Positions 7,846 to 17,809 of a DNA stretch of 64,000 nt are shown here, piece after piece. Each line of letters starts with the position of its first letter. Positions within the stretch are counted from its first letter, which is position 1. Source of the DNA: Oscillospiraceae bacterium (GTDB lineage Bacteria > Bacillota > Clostridia > Oscillospirales > Oscillospiraceae); assembly GCA_902798545.1 (NCBI GenBank), contig CADBWQ010000003.1, positions 191,540-255,539 of the forward strand. Reading direction: 5' to 3'. The position numbers and the translations under genes were made by a program. The notes below the pieces were generated by a model. It ran no database searches. It saw nothing but the letters and a program-made list of their open reading frames with translations, and was not told the origin of the DNA.

Positions 7846-10053
7846 TCAAATGCAGTTCTCGATCAGGGTCAGGAGCTTCTCTCTCTGAAGATCGGTCAAC
7901 GCATAGACGAAGTGCCTGCGCCCTTCCGTAGAATACCATGTATCCCGGGCAATCTCGATTTTGTTCCCGTTTTTATCCGTCTCATACTTTCCATCCTCAT
8001 CGAGCCGGAAAGAAATCGCCTCGGCATCCTCTGTCATCTGCTCTTCCAATGCCTCCCGGATGACCGGGAAGCCATATTCCGGATCTGTAAATCCCGGTTG
8101 CAAGAGGAGTCTTACAAACTGCCATGCGGCAGACTGCTCTGCCTCGGAACAATCCGAAGAAATCCCAAGGGATTCATCGAAGCAGATTCTTGAGAGGGAT
8201 CCATCCTCTGTCGGCCAGCCGACAAAGCTTGCCCCATTTTCAAAAAAGCTGTCGTAACACTTGAGATCATCTAGGGTTGCGATATGTGCCTGGAGCATCA
8301 GCAGCCTTCCATCGTAGATTCTCTTTTCCATACTGTCGGAGTCTGCAGAATAGTCATAATAAGAGTAAGTCGCCGATTGCAGATTGGAAAAGTTCAGAAG
8401 CTGCGCATACAGTTCGATATTAAATTGATCGCCTTCACCCAAATCCCGGCTGTTTACCGCCATCAAGTCCTCAAGAAGCCGCTCAGCTGTATAATAGGGT
8501 TCGTAAAGGCTGCTTCTGGCTGGCATATCCGCATATAGATTTCTCAGCATGCTCACGCTGAGAGAGGCCTGTCCTTCCGCAACGCTGTGATCACAGGCCA
8601 TGGTTTCGATTCGGAAAGATGCTGCCAGCCTTCGCAGAACATTCTGCTTATCCGAAAGCGCATTATAGACGCTTGGAAATAGGTTGTCTCTGCTGTAGAG
8701 TCTGTCCGCCTGCAGAAATCTCTCCAAATCTAAAAGGCTGCCGCTTGTTGCAAGGGCGTTATAGGCCTCTTCATCCATCACCATGATATCCTGAACGTGA
8801 TCGGAAGAAATGCGCTCTTCAAGATTACGATAATCTACTGTGTCCAAAAAGATGTCTCTGTTCTCCTGGTTAAAAGCCAGAATCGCCTTCTGCAGATGAT
8901 CTGAGGCAGCGTCAAATCCTATGCTGATCAGCAGTCGTCCCGTCTGGATCTCACAGGCAGATGCAGTCAAATATCGCTCCTCCGTCAGCTGGCTTTCTTC
9001 ATCCCAGCTGTGTATCAGGAAGCGAAAGCTCCCGTCTGCCCCGGCAGAAAAAGCACTGACGGAAGACGGCAGAATCTCCAGTGTCAGAAGCGAGACTTTC
9101 TTGCCGCTCATTCCGCTTCTAAGATCACAATAACAAATATCGCTGTTTCTCAGGAAATAAAAGAGATCTTCCGCCTCTCCCGCACAAAAGCTGTGTGCTC
9201 CCGTGGGTATCTGCTGAGGAACCGTCACAGTGCGGTCCGAGATATTAATCACGCTGATCCAAAGCTCTTTTCTCTCTGTGAGGAGCACTGCGAGATTCCC
9301 CTCTAGTGTTTTGCAAAGTTCGAGGATTCGGAAAGGTGTGGAAACCGAGAACTGTTTTTTCCCATCCAGGCCGAAAAAAAGGACCTCGTTCCCCTGCGGG
9401 ACAGCCAGAAGACTATCGTCAATCAGGACTGTATTACCACAGTCAAGCCCCTCTCCGGGTGTTGTTTCAACTTCGAAGCAGCTGAGCTCAACGCCATTTT
9501 CCTTCAGTAATCGAACGTAATATCGGTCTCTGGTCTGAGTGCCATGTGTTGTGCGCCAGCTCTCGTAGCTGTTCTCCAAAGCAACAATTCCGCCGTCCTC
9601 ACGAATGCGGAATGCCCGCGGCCTTGATTCGGAGAAATACTTCTCCAGATTCTCGGTATTCTCCGGGGCCGGGCGTGGTCTGTAGCGCCGTATCATGTGC
9701 CGCTTGCCACTCTCTGTCACTGTAAAGAGAGAGCTTTCATAGATATCATATCGTCCGTCGTTGACAAAATCGGGATCTGATTTAAGCTCTGTCGGGATTT
9801 CTTCCCGGACTTTTCGATTGATATATGCCAAGAAGCCATTCTCATATTCCTGCTGATAAAGAACCGCCTCATTTCCTTCAGTAACCGTGGAAGAACTGAC
9901 CGTATAAGTCTGCAGCCAGGTTTCTTCTGTCTGCTCCTCTACGATTGCTTCTTCTGCTGTCCCTGTGTTGCTTTCGGTATACCCGCAGCCGGTCAGCAGA
10001 GTCACACTCAGTATGGCCATCATAAAAAGTGTCAGCTTTCGCTTCTTTCCCAT
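7846..10053 (-). CDS. Large lipoprotein of unknown function. The C-terminal ~330 aa resemble an extracellular solute-binding protein.
   Basis: 735 aa. Signal peptide with lipobox: MGKKRKLTLFMMAILSVTLLTGC. The C-terminal half (WPTEDGSLSR...AAWQFVRLLLQPGF) is SBP-like. No ABC partner genes are adjacent. Confidence 0.75.
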   Translation of the reverse strand: MGKKRKLTLFMMAILSVTLLTGCGYTESNTGTAEEAIVEEQTEETWLQTYTVSSSTVTEGNEAVLYQQEYENGFLAYINRKVREEIPTELKSDPDFVNDGRYDIYESSLFTVTESGKRHMIRRYRPRPAPENTENLEKYFSESRPRAFRIREDGGIVALENSYESWRTTHGTQTRDRYYVRLLKENGVELSCFEVETTPGEGLDCGNTVLIDDSLLAVPQGNEVLFFGLDGKKQFSVSTPFRILELCKTLEGNLAVLLTERKELWISVINISDRTVTVPQQIPTGAHSFCAGEAEDLFYFLRNSDICYCDLRSGMSGKKVSLLTLEILPSSVSAFSAGADGSFRFLIHSWDEESQLTEERYLTASACEIQTGRLLISIGFDAASDHLQKAILAFNQENRDIFLDTVDYRNLEERISSDHVQDIMVMDEEAYNALATSGSLLDLERFLQADRLYSRDNLFPSVYNALSDKQNVLRRLAASFRIETMACDHSVAEGQASLSVSMLRNLYADMPARSSLYEPYYTAERLLEDLMAVNSRDLGEGDQFNIELYAQLLNFSNLQSATYSYYDYSADSDSMEKRIYDGRLLMLQAHIATLDDLKCYDSFFENGASFVGWPTEDGSLSRICFDESLGISSDCSEAEQSAAWQFVRLLLQPGFTDPEYGFPVIREALEEQMTEDAEAISFRLDEDGKYETDKNGNKIEIARDTWYSTEGRRHFVYALTDLQREKLLTLIENCI

Positions 10054-10161
10054 TTGTCACTCCCGCTCCCGTTTTTTTTATCATATCATATCGTATCTGC
10101 CACCGCAAGCGGAGCTTTTTCTTAATTATCTATAAAACCCTCGCGACGATACTATGCGGAT

Positions 10162-10190
10162 TTGACAAGTTGTGATATAATAAGGATAAT
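10162..10190 (+). promoter_or_regulatory. Sigma-A-type promoter TTGACA-17-GATAAT for the PBP gene.
   Basis: TTGACA at 10162-10167 and GATAAT at 10185-10190, with a 17-nt spacer. It is followed by the near-palindrome TTCATCTGGCAGATGAA. Confidence 0.55.
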
Positions 10191-10232
10191 TTTTCATCTG
10201 GCAGATGAATGATGGAAGCGATGTGAAACGTC

Positions 10233-12449
10233 ATGGCGTCGAAGAATCCCGCCTCTGAAGAACAACTGAAAAAGCGCCACGTTACCCGAGGGATTCTGCG
10301 TGCCGGCGGCTACACCATAGACACCTTGTCGTCTCTTCTGATTGCTGCCCTTCGACTGATTGGAACGCTTCTTCTGATCTTGTTGCTAACGGGAGCACTG
10401 TTCACCTGTATTTTTGCCTATTATGTCAAAACCTGTCTTACTCCGGATCTGGACCTTTCTCTTGAAGACTACTCTCTCAGTGAGGCCAGTACGATCTGGT
10501 ATCAGGATCTTGCCGGGGAATGGCAGACCGGCATTAACATCGGCGGTGATCAGCGGCGGATCTGGGTCGAGTATGAAGACATCCCGAAATACATGGAGCA
10601 GGCCCTGATTGCCATTGAGGATAAACGTTTCTATGATCATAAAGGTGTGGACTGGTATCGTACAGCCGGTGCCTTCGTCGAGATGTTTGCCCGTATGGAA
10701 ACCAGCTATGGTGGGTCGACTATTACGCAGCAACTTCTGAAGAACCTTACTGGTAAAGACCAGGTTACGGTCTCCAGAAAGCTAACGGAAATATTTGGTG
10801 CTTTGGAACTGGAGAAAAAATATGACAAGCAGGAAATATTGGAGTGGTATCTGAATGCCGTATATTTCGGCGAGGGCTGCTGGGGAGTCGGCATTGCCTC
10901 CCAGACCTATTTTGGCAAGGATGTCCAGGATCTGAGTCTCGCTGAATGTGCCGCTATCATCGGCATTACGAATAAGCCTACCTATTATGATCCGTTCTAT
11001 AATCTGGAAAACAACAAGGAGCGGCAGGAGGTTATTCTTCGTGAGATGTATGAGCAGGGCTATATTGACTATGATGAGTGGCAGCATGCCGTAGAAGAGC
11101 AGCTTGTCTTTAAACGCACACCAAATCAGGAATATCATCAGGAGATCTATACATATTACGAAGAAGTCGTTATAAGAGATGTCATCCGGGATCTGATGGC
11201 TGCAAAGGGGATCAACTTTGACGCCGCGCAAAAGCTTCTTTACAGCGGTGGTTATCAGATCTACAGCTGTATTGACACCAGAATTCAAGGCATTGTGGAT
11301 GATCTCTACTCCGATCCTGAGAAAATGCCGAAAGGCGGCCGTTATGAACAGCAGTTTCAGAGTGCGATTGTTATCATGAATCCCTATGACGGGCGAATTC
11401 TGGCGCTGTGTGGTGGGGTTGGCGAAAAAGACATCAATTTTGGACTTAACCGTGCTGTCCCAATCAGTTCCGGCGGTGTAAACTACGGTGGTGCGACACG
11501 TTCTCCAGGCTCATCCATAAAGCCTTTGGCAAGCTATGGCCCAGCCCTCAACGAGGGGATCATCACTCCTGACACGCTGGTCAATGATGCCAACTATATT
11601 GTTCTTTCCGGCACCAGCTGGTACCCGCACAATGACAACTACGAAAACTATGGTGTGCTGTCCATTTATCAGGCACTGAAATGGTCTTTGAACACAGTAG
11701 CAGCCCAGATCGTGGATAAACTCCCCAACGGACCGCAGACTTCCTATGATTATCTGACACAACGTCTTGGTTTTACGAGTCTCGTTCCGGATGATGCAGC
11801 CTATGCACCGATGGCACTCGGTCAGCTTACCAACGGTATTTCAGTTCGTGAGATGGCCCAGGCTTACTGTGCTCTTGTCAATGACGGCACATTCACTTAC
11901 AGTCGGACCTACTCGATGGTGACAGACAGCCGCGGAAACATCGTCCTGGACAATGTTCCTCAGACAATTGCTGCCTTTGACCCCAATACCGCATACTGCC
12001 TTACCTGGATGATGAAAAACGCAGTCAACGAAGGCACCGGTACTGAAGCCCGCCTCGGTAATGTTCCCGTTGCAGGAAAAACCGGAACCTCCGGGGAATA
12101 CAAGGATCGCTGGTTTGCCGGAGTGACACCTTATTATGTTGCTGTAGTCTGGACAGGTTTTGATATTCCTGAGCGTATTAATTCAAATGGGAACCCCGCT
12201 GCCCGTGTCTGGCGTCAGGTTATGAGCAAAGTACATAGCGGACTCTCCTGGGCAGATTTTACGTATCCGTATCTTGCGCCGGACACCCATGTCTTTATTG
12301 AAGCGCCCACACAGACCGCGCGCACAGACCAGGATCTTATTGAAGACGGTATTACCAGCGATGACTTTGACAATTCATATTACTGGGATAACTACTATGG
12401 CAGTACCCCTGCTCAAGGCAGCAACAGCGTTGTAATCATCGGTGGATAG
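10233..12449 (+). CDS. Class A penicillin-binding protein (PBP1A-type bifunctional glycosyltransferase/transpeptidase).
   Basis: N-terminal TM span. GT51 motifs EDKRFYDHKGVDW and GGSTITQQL are present, as are the transpeptidase motifs SPGSSIKP (SxxK) and KTGT. Confidence 0.95.
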   Translation: MASKNPASEEQLKKRHVTRGILRAGGYTIDTLSSLLIAALRLIGTLLLILLLTGALFTCIFAYYVKTCLTPDLDLSLEDYSLSEASTIWYQDLAGEWQTGINIGGDQRRIWVEYEDIPKYMEQALIAIEDKRFYDHKGVDWYRTAGAFVEMFARMETSYGGSTITQQLLKNLTGKDQVTVSRKLTEIFGALELEKKYDKQEILEWYLNAVYFGEGCWGVGIASQTYFGKDVQDLSLAECAAIIGITNKPTYYDPFYNLENNKERQEVILREMYEQGYIDYDEWQHAVEEQLVFKRTPNQEYHQEIYTYYEEVVIRDVIRDLMAAKGINFDAAQKLLYSGGYQIYSCIDTRIQGIVDDLYSDPEKMPKGGRYEQQFQSAIVIMNPYDGRILALCGGVGEKDINFGLNRAVPISSGGVNYGGATRSPGSSIKPLASYGPALNEGIITPDTLVNDANYIVLSGTSWYPHNDNYENYGVLSIYQALKWSLNTVAAQIVDKLPNGPQTSYDYLTQRLGFTSLVPDDAAYAPMALGQLTNGISVREMAQAYCALVNDGTFTYSRTYSMVTDSRGNIVLDNVPQTIAAFDPNTAYCLTWMMKNAVNEGTGTEARLGNVPVAGKTGTSGEYKDRWFAGVTPYYVAVVWTGFDIPERINSNGNPAARVWRQVMSKVHSGLSWADFTYPYLAPDTHVFIEAPTQTARTDQDLIEDGITSDDFDNSYYWDNYYGSTPAQGSNSVVIIGG

Positions 12450-12511
12450 TTTTAGCATGTCTATTACATCAACCACTCATCTTATAGGAATCAGATTCGG
12501 AGGTGTTTTAT

Positions 12512-12793
12512 ATGGCAAAGGCATTGGAGTATAAGGGGCATCCTCTTCAGAGGAAGGATAACTTTATCTATTATGGCAGCTTCGCTGACAAATACGTAAT
12601 AATGATGCAGATTCTTGAAACGAAGAAGGTCAAGGATCTCGATGTTGCCACAAAGGTATCCGTTCAGTTGCAGTTGACAGACGCGTCCGTCAAATCCCGT
12701 GATCGCATTGTAAAAAAGACAGAAAAAGACAGTCTGTATTCCGCTATTGATGTTGCAGCTGTGTGGCTGGAGCGCGCTCTCGCCGCCCGTTGA
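12512..12793 (+). CDS. Small conserved-looking hypothetical protein (93 aa).
   Basis: GGAGGTG SD lies 6 nt before ATG 12512 (the track begins at GTG 12503). No recognisable motif. It lies between the PBP1A gene and the NlpC/P60 gene. Confidence 0.55.
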   Translation: MAKALEYKGHPLQRKDNFIYYGSFADKYVIMMQILETKKVKDLDVATKVSVQLQLTDASVKSRDRIVKKTEKDSLYSAIDVAAVWLERALAAR

Positions 12794-12812
12794 GGCATAA
12801 AGAAGGAATACC

Positions 12813-14546
12813 ATGCGTAAGAGCAGGTTTTGTTTGGCTCTCCTTGCTTCATTTCTTGTGACAGGGGTATCCGTCCCGGGATTAGCCGATCAGGCTATTG
12901 TCATTGGCAATGAGGTCAATGTCAGAACCGGTCCTGGAACTGCATACGCCATATTCTCCAGCCTCAGTGGGGACATGGAGGTGGAGGTTCTCAATCGTAC
13001 CAATCCTGACTGGTATCTGGTCGGTTGGGAGGGCAGCAGCGGTTATGTTTCCTCACAGTATCTGGAGCTTGAGGAGGACAATTCTTCCGCATCAATCACC
13101 ATAAGCTTGAATGAAACTCCCGGTTATATCAATGGCATGTATGTCTGTCTTCGGTCTGAGCCTAACGCTTCGTCTACAATTCTCGGAACCTACAGCACCG
13201 GGAAACCGCTCACGATCACAGGGACAGCAGGCACTTGGACAGCAGTCCGCATTGATGATAAAGATGGATTTGTCTTCAGCCAGTTTGTTTCCGAAGACAG
13301 GCCCAATAGCGCAGATATCGACTCCGGTAGCATCCCTGCTGACAGCGGTGTCTCCCCCACACTGGCCGACTTTGCTAACCAGAAACTGATCGTGCAAAGC
13401 GGCTCTACCGTGTTTACCGTCCGGGAATCGCCTGCTCCCTTCCCTGAAGAGCCACAATCTCCCGAATATATTGTTCAAGTTCCGACGGATGGCGTTTCCT
13501 ATGCTGAGCCTGCGGAATCTCTCACGCAACCCCTCCCAGAATTCGTCTCAGCGCCTGCTGGTGAACTGATTATCAGCTCTGAAGCGTCTTCTCCTGCCCC
13601 GGCATCTGGATCGGTGCTTTCTCCATTACCGGACATTGACGAATCTGCCCCTGTCGAAGACACGGGCGTTATCGATCAACCAGTTACCAGGCTTGCCCAG
13701 GTCACGGGGAATGTCGTTCGTCTGCGTTCCGGCCCTGATACAACGTATTCAATCATTGGGACTTATGATAATGGCACTGAAGTGGTAATCTCCGGGACCT
13801 CCGGAGATTGGACCGCTGTCACCATTGCCGCGACCGGCGTCAGCGGGTTCATTCACTCTGATTATATAGAATCCGTCTCTGCAGATGTCAAAAATGCCGA
13901 TCTCACTGATTCCAGCACGTTGTCAGCCCATCCTGCTTCCTTCAAAATTACTGATGGCTATATCACCGGCAGTAGTGTTCGTCTGAGAGAGGCGCCTTCT
14001 ATGTCGGCGAAGGTGCTGGATGAGTTGAATTTTGGCAGTGCCGTAAGAATGGTCGGGATTTCTGACAACTGGTACCGGGTAATCGTCAATGGCAAAGAAG
14101 GCTATGTCTCCGCCTCCTTTGTTGCAGAAGGCAGTTTTGAACCGGCAGCCCAGCTCAGCGAAGCAACAGGAACGGAGCTTGGGAAAGAGATCGCTGCTTA
14201 CGCGCTCCAGTATGTAGGCACTCCATATAAGTGGGGAGGGCAGTCGCCGGAGAGCGGATTTGACTGTTCCGGGTTTGTCCAGTATGTCTACGGGCAGTTT
14301 GGATACACAACCAGCCGTGTAGCAAATGACGCGCTCTCTGATGGTGTCCATGTGGATCCCGTTGATCTTCAGCCCGGAGATCTGCTCTGCTTCTACTCCG
14401 GGAACAATTATGTAGGACATCTTGGAATCTATGTTGGAGATGACATGTTTGTTCACGCTGCAAATTCCGCTACCGGTGTCGTAACCACCACTTTGGCAAC
14501 CGGTTATTACGCCACTCGGGGCTATGAGATCCGGCGAATTGTCTGA
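12813..14546 (+). CDS. Secreted cell-wall hydrolase with several SH3b domains and a C-terminal NlpC/P60 (C40) peptidase.
   Basis: Signal peptide MRKSRFCLALLASFLVTGVSVPGLA. Repeated SH3b-like units (VNVRTGPGTAY..., VRLRSGPDTTYSI..., VRLREAPSMSAKV...). C-terminal GTPYKWGGQSPESGFDCSGFV...GHLGIYVGDDMFVHA. Confidence 0.92.
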   Translation: MRKSRFCLALLASFLVTGVSVPGLADQAIVIGNEVNVRTGPGTAYAIFSSLSGDMEVEVLNRTNPDWYLVGWEGSSGYVSSQYLELEEDNSSASITISLNETPGYINGMYVCLRSEPNASSTILGTYSTGKPLTITGTAGTWTAVRIDDKDGFVFSQFVSEDRPNSADIDSGSIPADSGVSPTLADFANQKLIVQSGSTVFTVRESPAPFPEEPQSPEYIVQVPTDGVSYAEPAESLTQPLPEFVSAPAGELIISSEASSPAPASGSVLSPLPDIDESAPVEDTGVIDQPVTRLAQVTGNVVRLRSGPDTTYSIIGTYDNGTEVVISGTSGDWTAVTIAATGVSGFIHSDYIESVSADVKNADLTDSSTLSAHPASFKITDGYITGSSVRLREAPSMSAKVLDELNFGSAVRMVGISDNWYRVIVNGKEGYVSASFVAEGSFEPAAQLSEATGTELGKEIAAYALQYVGTPYKWGGQSPESGFDCSGFVQYVYGQFGYTTSRVANDALSDGVHVDPVDLQPGDLLCFYSGNNYVGHLGIYVGDDMFVHAANSATGVVTTTLATGYYATRGYEIRRIV

Positions 14547-14568
14547 GCTTTTCTCTGAGCCGTCATTA

Positions 14569-14599
14569 TAAAAAACTCGCCATTTGGCGAGTTTTTTAT
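14569..14599. terminator. Bidirectional intrinsic terminator between the convergent hydrolase gene and mnmE.
   Basis: AAAAAA-CTCGCC-ATTT-GGCGAG-TTTTTT. Confidence 0.8.
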
Positions 14600-15954
14600 T
14601 TGCCGACACAGAAACGGGCAAAAATCTGATTGGTGATGTCTTCCCGAATGCTGGCGCCGGTCAGTTCTCCTAATGCCTGCATGGCATTTTCTGTCTCTGT
14701 AAGGATGATATCCGGCGTCATTCCCTGGTCCAATGCCTCACATGCAGCCTGTATGCTTTCTGCCGCACGCCGTACAGCATCTGCCTGTCTTGCATTGGTC
14801 AGGATCTCTCCCGCCGGTACCTGTGGCAGAGGGAAAAGCTCCTTGATCTTTTCTTCCAGATCTGTAAGGCCTTCTCCAGTCACGCTGCTCACCGGAACCA
14901 CAGGAAGAGCAGTGTCTATCGCGCTGGCCTTCCGTTTCAGGTCCGACTTGGAAATCACAACAATTCCATGTTCGGCTTGTTCCGCAGTCCTGATGATCCC
15001 ATCTGCGTCATGGCCGGTATCTGCGCTGCCATCGATGACGGCAAGCACCAGTTGGGCTGCAGAGGCTGCATCCCGGCTTCTCTGCACACCAAGCTGTTCT
15101 ACTCGATCCTCGGTTTCCCGAATCCCCGCTGTGTCAATCAGGCGGAGATTGACCCCTTTGAGTTGAACACGTTCCTCGACAGTATCTCTTGTCGTCCCTG
15201 GTATATCAGTTACAATGGCTCGATCATACCCAAGCAGGGCGTTCAGCAGAGAGCTTTTCCCTGCATTGGGGAGACCGATGATTGCAGTCGGGATTCCGCT
15301 GTTCATAAGCTGTCCTCTGTCAAATGTACAAAGCAGCCTCTCCAGCGCACATTTCTCCTCACGAAGCTTCGTACGATACTGCTGTATTTCAAATTCTTCG
15401 ATGTCTTCATCCGGATAATCCAGAACTGCGTGAAAATGTGCACTCATATCCATGAGTTCGGTATATATCGCATTTGCCTTTCGGTGAATGGCACCTGAGA
15501 GCTGCCCAGCTGCATTTCGAACAGCCTCTGCTGTTTCGGCGTCTATCAAATCAATGACCGCTTCTGCCGCGCTGAGGTCCATCCGGCCGTTTAAAAATGC
15601 CCGTTTTGTAAATTCTCCCGGTTCAGCCTGTCTCGCCCCATGTGTAAACAGCTCCTGCAGTAAAACCCGCAGAAGCATTGGTGAGCCATGGCACTGGAAT
15701 TCCGCTGTGTCTTCACCCGTATAACTGTCAGGTCCGTGGCTGATCGTGCACATGCAGATATCAAGTAGTTCTCCCTGTTTATTTCTCAGTTCACCGTATA
15801 CGAGCTTTCTGTCTCTCTGAGCTGTTAGTCTTCCGCCATAGAAAGGATGGAAGACCTGATCCGCAATTTCGATGCTTCGTGCTCCTGACATACGAATAAT
15901 GCCAATCGCAGCAATTTGCTGTCCGGTAGCGATTGCGGCAATGGTATCAGTCAT
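14596..15954 (-). CDS. mnmE: tRNA modification GTPase MnmE (TrmE).
   Basis: MTDTIAAIATG..., G-domain GLPNAGKSSLLN, DTAGIRE, and the C-terminal FCVGK motif. Confidence 0.96.
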   Translation of the reverse strand: MTDTIAAIATGQQIAAIGIIRMSGARSIEIADQVFHPFYGGRLTAQRDRKLVYGELRNKQGELLDICMCTISHGPDSYTGEDTAEFQCHGSPMLLRVLLQELFTHGARQAEPGEFTKRAFLNGRMDLSAAEAVIDLIDAETAEAVRNAAGQLSGAIHRKANAIYTELMDMSAHFHAVLDYPDEDIEEFEIQQYRTKLREEKCALERLLCTFDRGQLMNSGIPTAIIGLPNAGKSSLLNALLGYDRAIVTDIPGTTRDTVEERVQLKGVNLRLIDTAGIRETEDRVEQLGVQRSRDAASAAQLVLAVIDGSADTGHDADGIIRTAEQAEHGIVVISKSDLKRKASAIDTALPVVPVSSVTGEGLTDLEEKIKELFPLPQVPAGEILTNARQADAVRRAAESIQAACEALDQGMTPDIILTETENAMQALGELTGASIREDITNQIFARFCVGK

Positions 15955-15971
15955 GAATCATTCCTTCTTTC

Positions 15972-15999
15972 AGAAAAACACCCCCGCAGAAGCGGGGGC
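15972..15999 (-). terminator. Intrinsic terminator after rex, abutting the mnmE RBS.
   Basis: On the minus strand: CCCCCGC-TTCT-GCGGGGG followed by TGTTTTT. Only ~18 nt separate it from the mnmE ATG. Confidence 0.7.
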
Positions 16000-16035
16000 G
16001 TTCTGTATCACAGACTTTCAGGTGCAGGCCAGTGA

Positions 16036-16704
16036 TTACTTTCCTGTTTTTGTGTTCTGGGACGTATGTTCATCCATACGTTCAGAGACAAAATAGCTGA
16101 GCGACAGCAGGCTGTCGGAGAAATGGACATTCTCGACAATAATTGGGCTGTTCGGCTCTGTGAGTTCAATATTCGTAAAGTTCCAGATTGCCTCAACCCC
16201 ATTGCCAGTTAGGACTTTTGTTACATTGACAGCTACTTCTTTCGGGACACAGAGTACAGCAATAGCAATATCATTGGTTTTCAAGTACTCTTCCATCTGA
16301 CTCTCTGCCAGGATTGGAACTCCTTTAAAAACTGTGCCGATCAGGTTTTCCTTAATATCGAATGCTGCCACCAGCTGTACGCCGCATTCTGCGAAACTGA
16401 AGTTATCCATGAGCGCATGACCTATGTTGCCAGCGCCGACCAGAATAGCCTTATATCCACGATCCATCCCCAGAATGCCCGCAATCTGTTCTCGCAGAAC
16501 GGCGACATTGTAGCCATATCCCTGCTGACCGAATTCGCCAAAGCAGCTGAAATCCTGCCGGATCTGAGATGGCGTAAGCCCCAACTGCTGTCCCAGCTCA
16601 AAAGAAGAAATCCTGTTTGTTCCGTTCTCATGCAACTCATCCAACTTCCGCAGATAACGCGGAAGCCGTCTGATCACATTGTTCGACACCTTAACCCGTT
16701 TCAC
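16036..16704 (-). CDS. rex: Redox-sensing transcriptional repressor Rex.
   Basis: IRRLPRYLRKL...SSFELGQQLGLTPSQIRQDFSCFGEFGQQGYGYNV, followed by the Rossmann motif LVGAGNIGHAL. Confidence 0.95.
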   Translation of the reverse strand: MKRVKVSNNVIRRLPRYLRKLDELHENGTNRISSFELGQQLGLTPSQIRQDFSCFGEFGQQGYGYNVAVLREQIAGILGMDRGYKAILVGAGNIGHALMDNFSFAECGVQLVAAFDIKENLIGTVFKGVPILAESQMEEYLKTNDIAIAVLCVPKEVAVNVTKVLTGNGVEAIWNFTNIELTEPNSPIIVENVHFSDSLLSLSYFVSERMDEHTSQNTKTGK

Positions 16705-16768
16705 ATTTCATTCTCCTCTTACCGTAATGCTATATAGTAATAAACATCGTATTTTAATCTGTAAGGTG

Positions 16769-16797
16769 ATTATAACATATCAAAAAATAGTGTTCAA
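16769..16797 (-). promoter_or_regulatory. Sigma-A-type promoter TTGAAC-17-TATAAT for rex.
   Basis: On the minus strand, TTGAAC is at 16797-16792 and TATAAT at 16774-16769, with a 17-nt spacer. Confidence 0.55.
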
Positions 16798-16840
16798 GGC
16801 CTAAATTGCAAAGAATATGTCAATATCTGCTGTTTTCTTT

Positions 16841-17809
16841 TTATTGAAGCTCACATTTGATTCGAGAAACAATCCGTCGGATATCTTCCAGTGTTTCCAC
16901 ATGCACCATCTGCTGTCTGTAGCTTCCCGAGTACGGTACACCGTGAAGGTACCATGGAAGCTGATGCCTTGCCTCCATACATGCAGACCTCTCTCCTTTT
17001 CTCTCTGCAAGCCGCTCAATCTGTGACACAGCCGCGTCCATTCTCTCTTTGAGCGGCGGGAGGGGTGGTTCCGGTACACCTGAAATAGCTGCGTTGGCTC
17101 TGGCGAAAAGCCATGGATCACCGAAGCATCCCCGTCCTATCATGACCAGATCGCACCCGGTATACCGCAGGATATGCGCTGCATCTTTCCCGCTGAAAAC
17201 GTCTCCGTTTGCCGTTACAGGGATGGATACAGCACGCTTAACCTCTCTGATTACATCCCAATCCGCTCTTCCGGAATAGAGCTGTGCCCTTGTTCTGCCA
17301 TGTACGGTTATCCCGCTGGCGCCTGCCTTTTCACAGCGTACCGCAAAATCCACTGCGTTCACGCTGCCATTGTCCCAGCCTTTACGAAATTTGACAGTCA
17401 CCGGGATTTGAACTGCTTCTACAACCGCTGCTACGATCTCCGCTGCAAGGTCCGCATTCTTCATCAGGGCAGATCCATCCCCGCTTTTCACAATCTTCCC
17501 CACTGGGCATCCCATATTGATATCCAGAAGCTGCGCACCTGAGATATCCACAGCTGTCTTTGCCGCTTCTGCCATGATATCCGGTTCATGGCCGAAAATC
17601 TGCACGGCTGCAGGCTTCTCTCCTTCCGGGAGATACAGCAGCTCCCTGCTCTTCTGATCTCCATAGGTCAGCGCACGCGCACTGACCATCTCCGTAGTTG
17701 TGAGCGCCGCTCCGCATTTTCTGCAAAGTTCACGAAAGGCAAAATCCGTAACCCCCGCCATAGGGGCAAGGACAACGCGCCCGGGCAGTTCAACCGCTCC
17801 GATTTTCAT
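16841..17809 (-). CDS. dusB: tRNA-dihydrouridine synthase (DusB-type).
   Basis: [18 protein letters not shown]...INMGCP...HGRTR motifs. There is a 4-nt ATGA overlap with the upstream xth. Confidence 0.93.
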   Translation of the reverse strand: MKIGAVELPGRVVLAPMAGVTDFAFRELCRKCGAALTTTEMVSARALTYGDQKSRELLYLPEGEKPAAVQIFGHEPDIMAEAAKTAVDISGAQLLDINMGCPVGKIVKSGDGSALMKNADLAAEIVAAVVEAVQIPVTVKFRKGWDNGSVNAVDFAVRCEKAGASGITVHGRTRAQLYSGRADWDVIREVKRAVSIPVTANGDVFSGKDAAHILRYTGCDLVMIGRGCFGDPWLFARANAAISGVPEPPLPPLKERMDAAVSQIERLAERKGERSACMEARHQLPWYLHGVPYSGSYRQQMVHVETLEDIRRIVSRIKCELQ

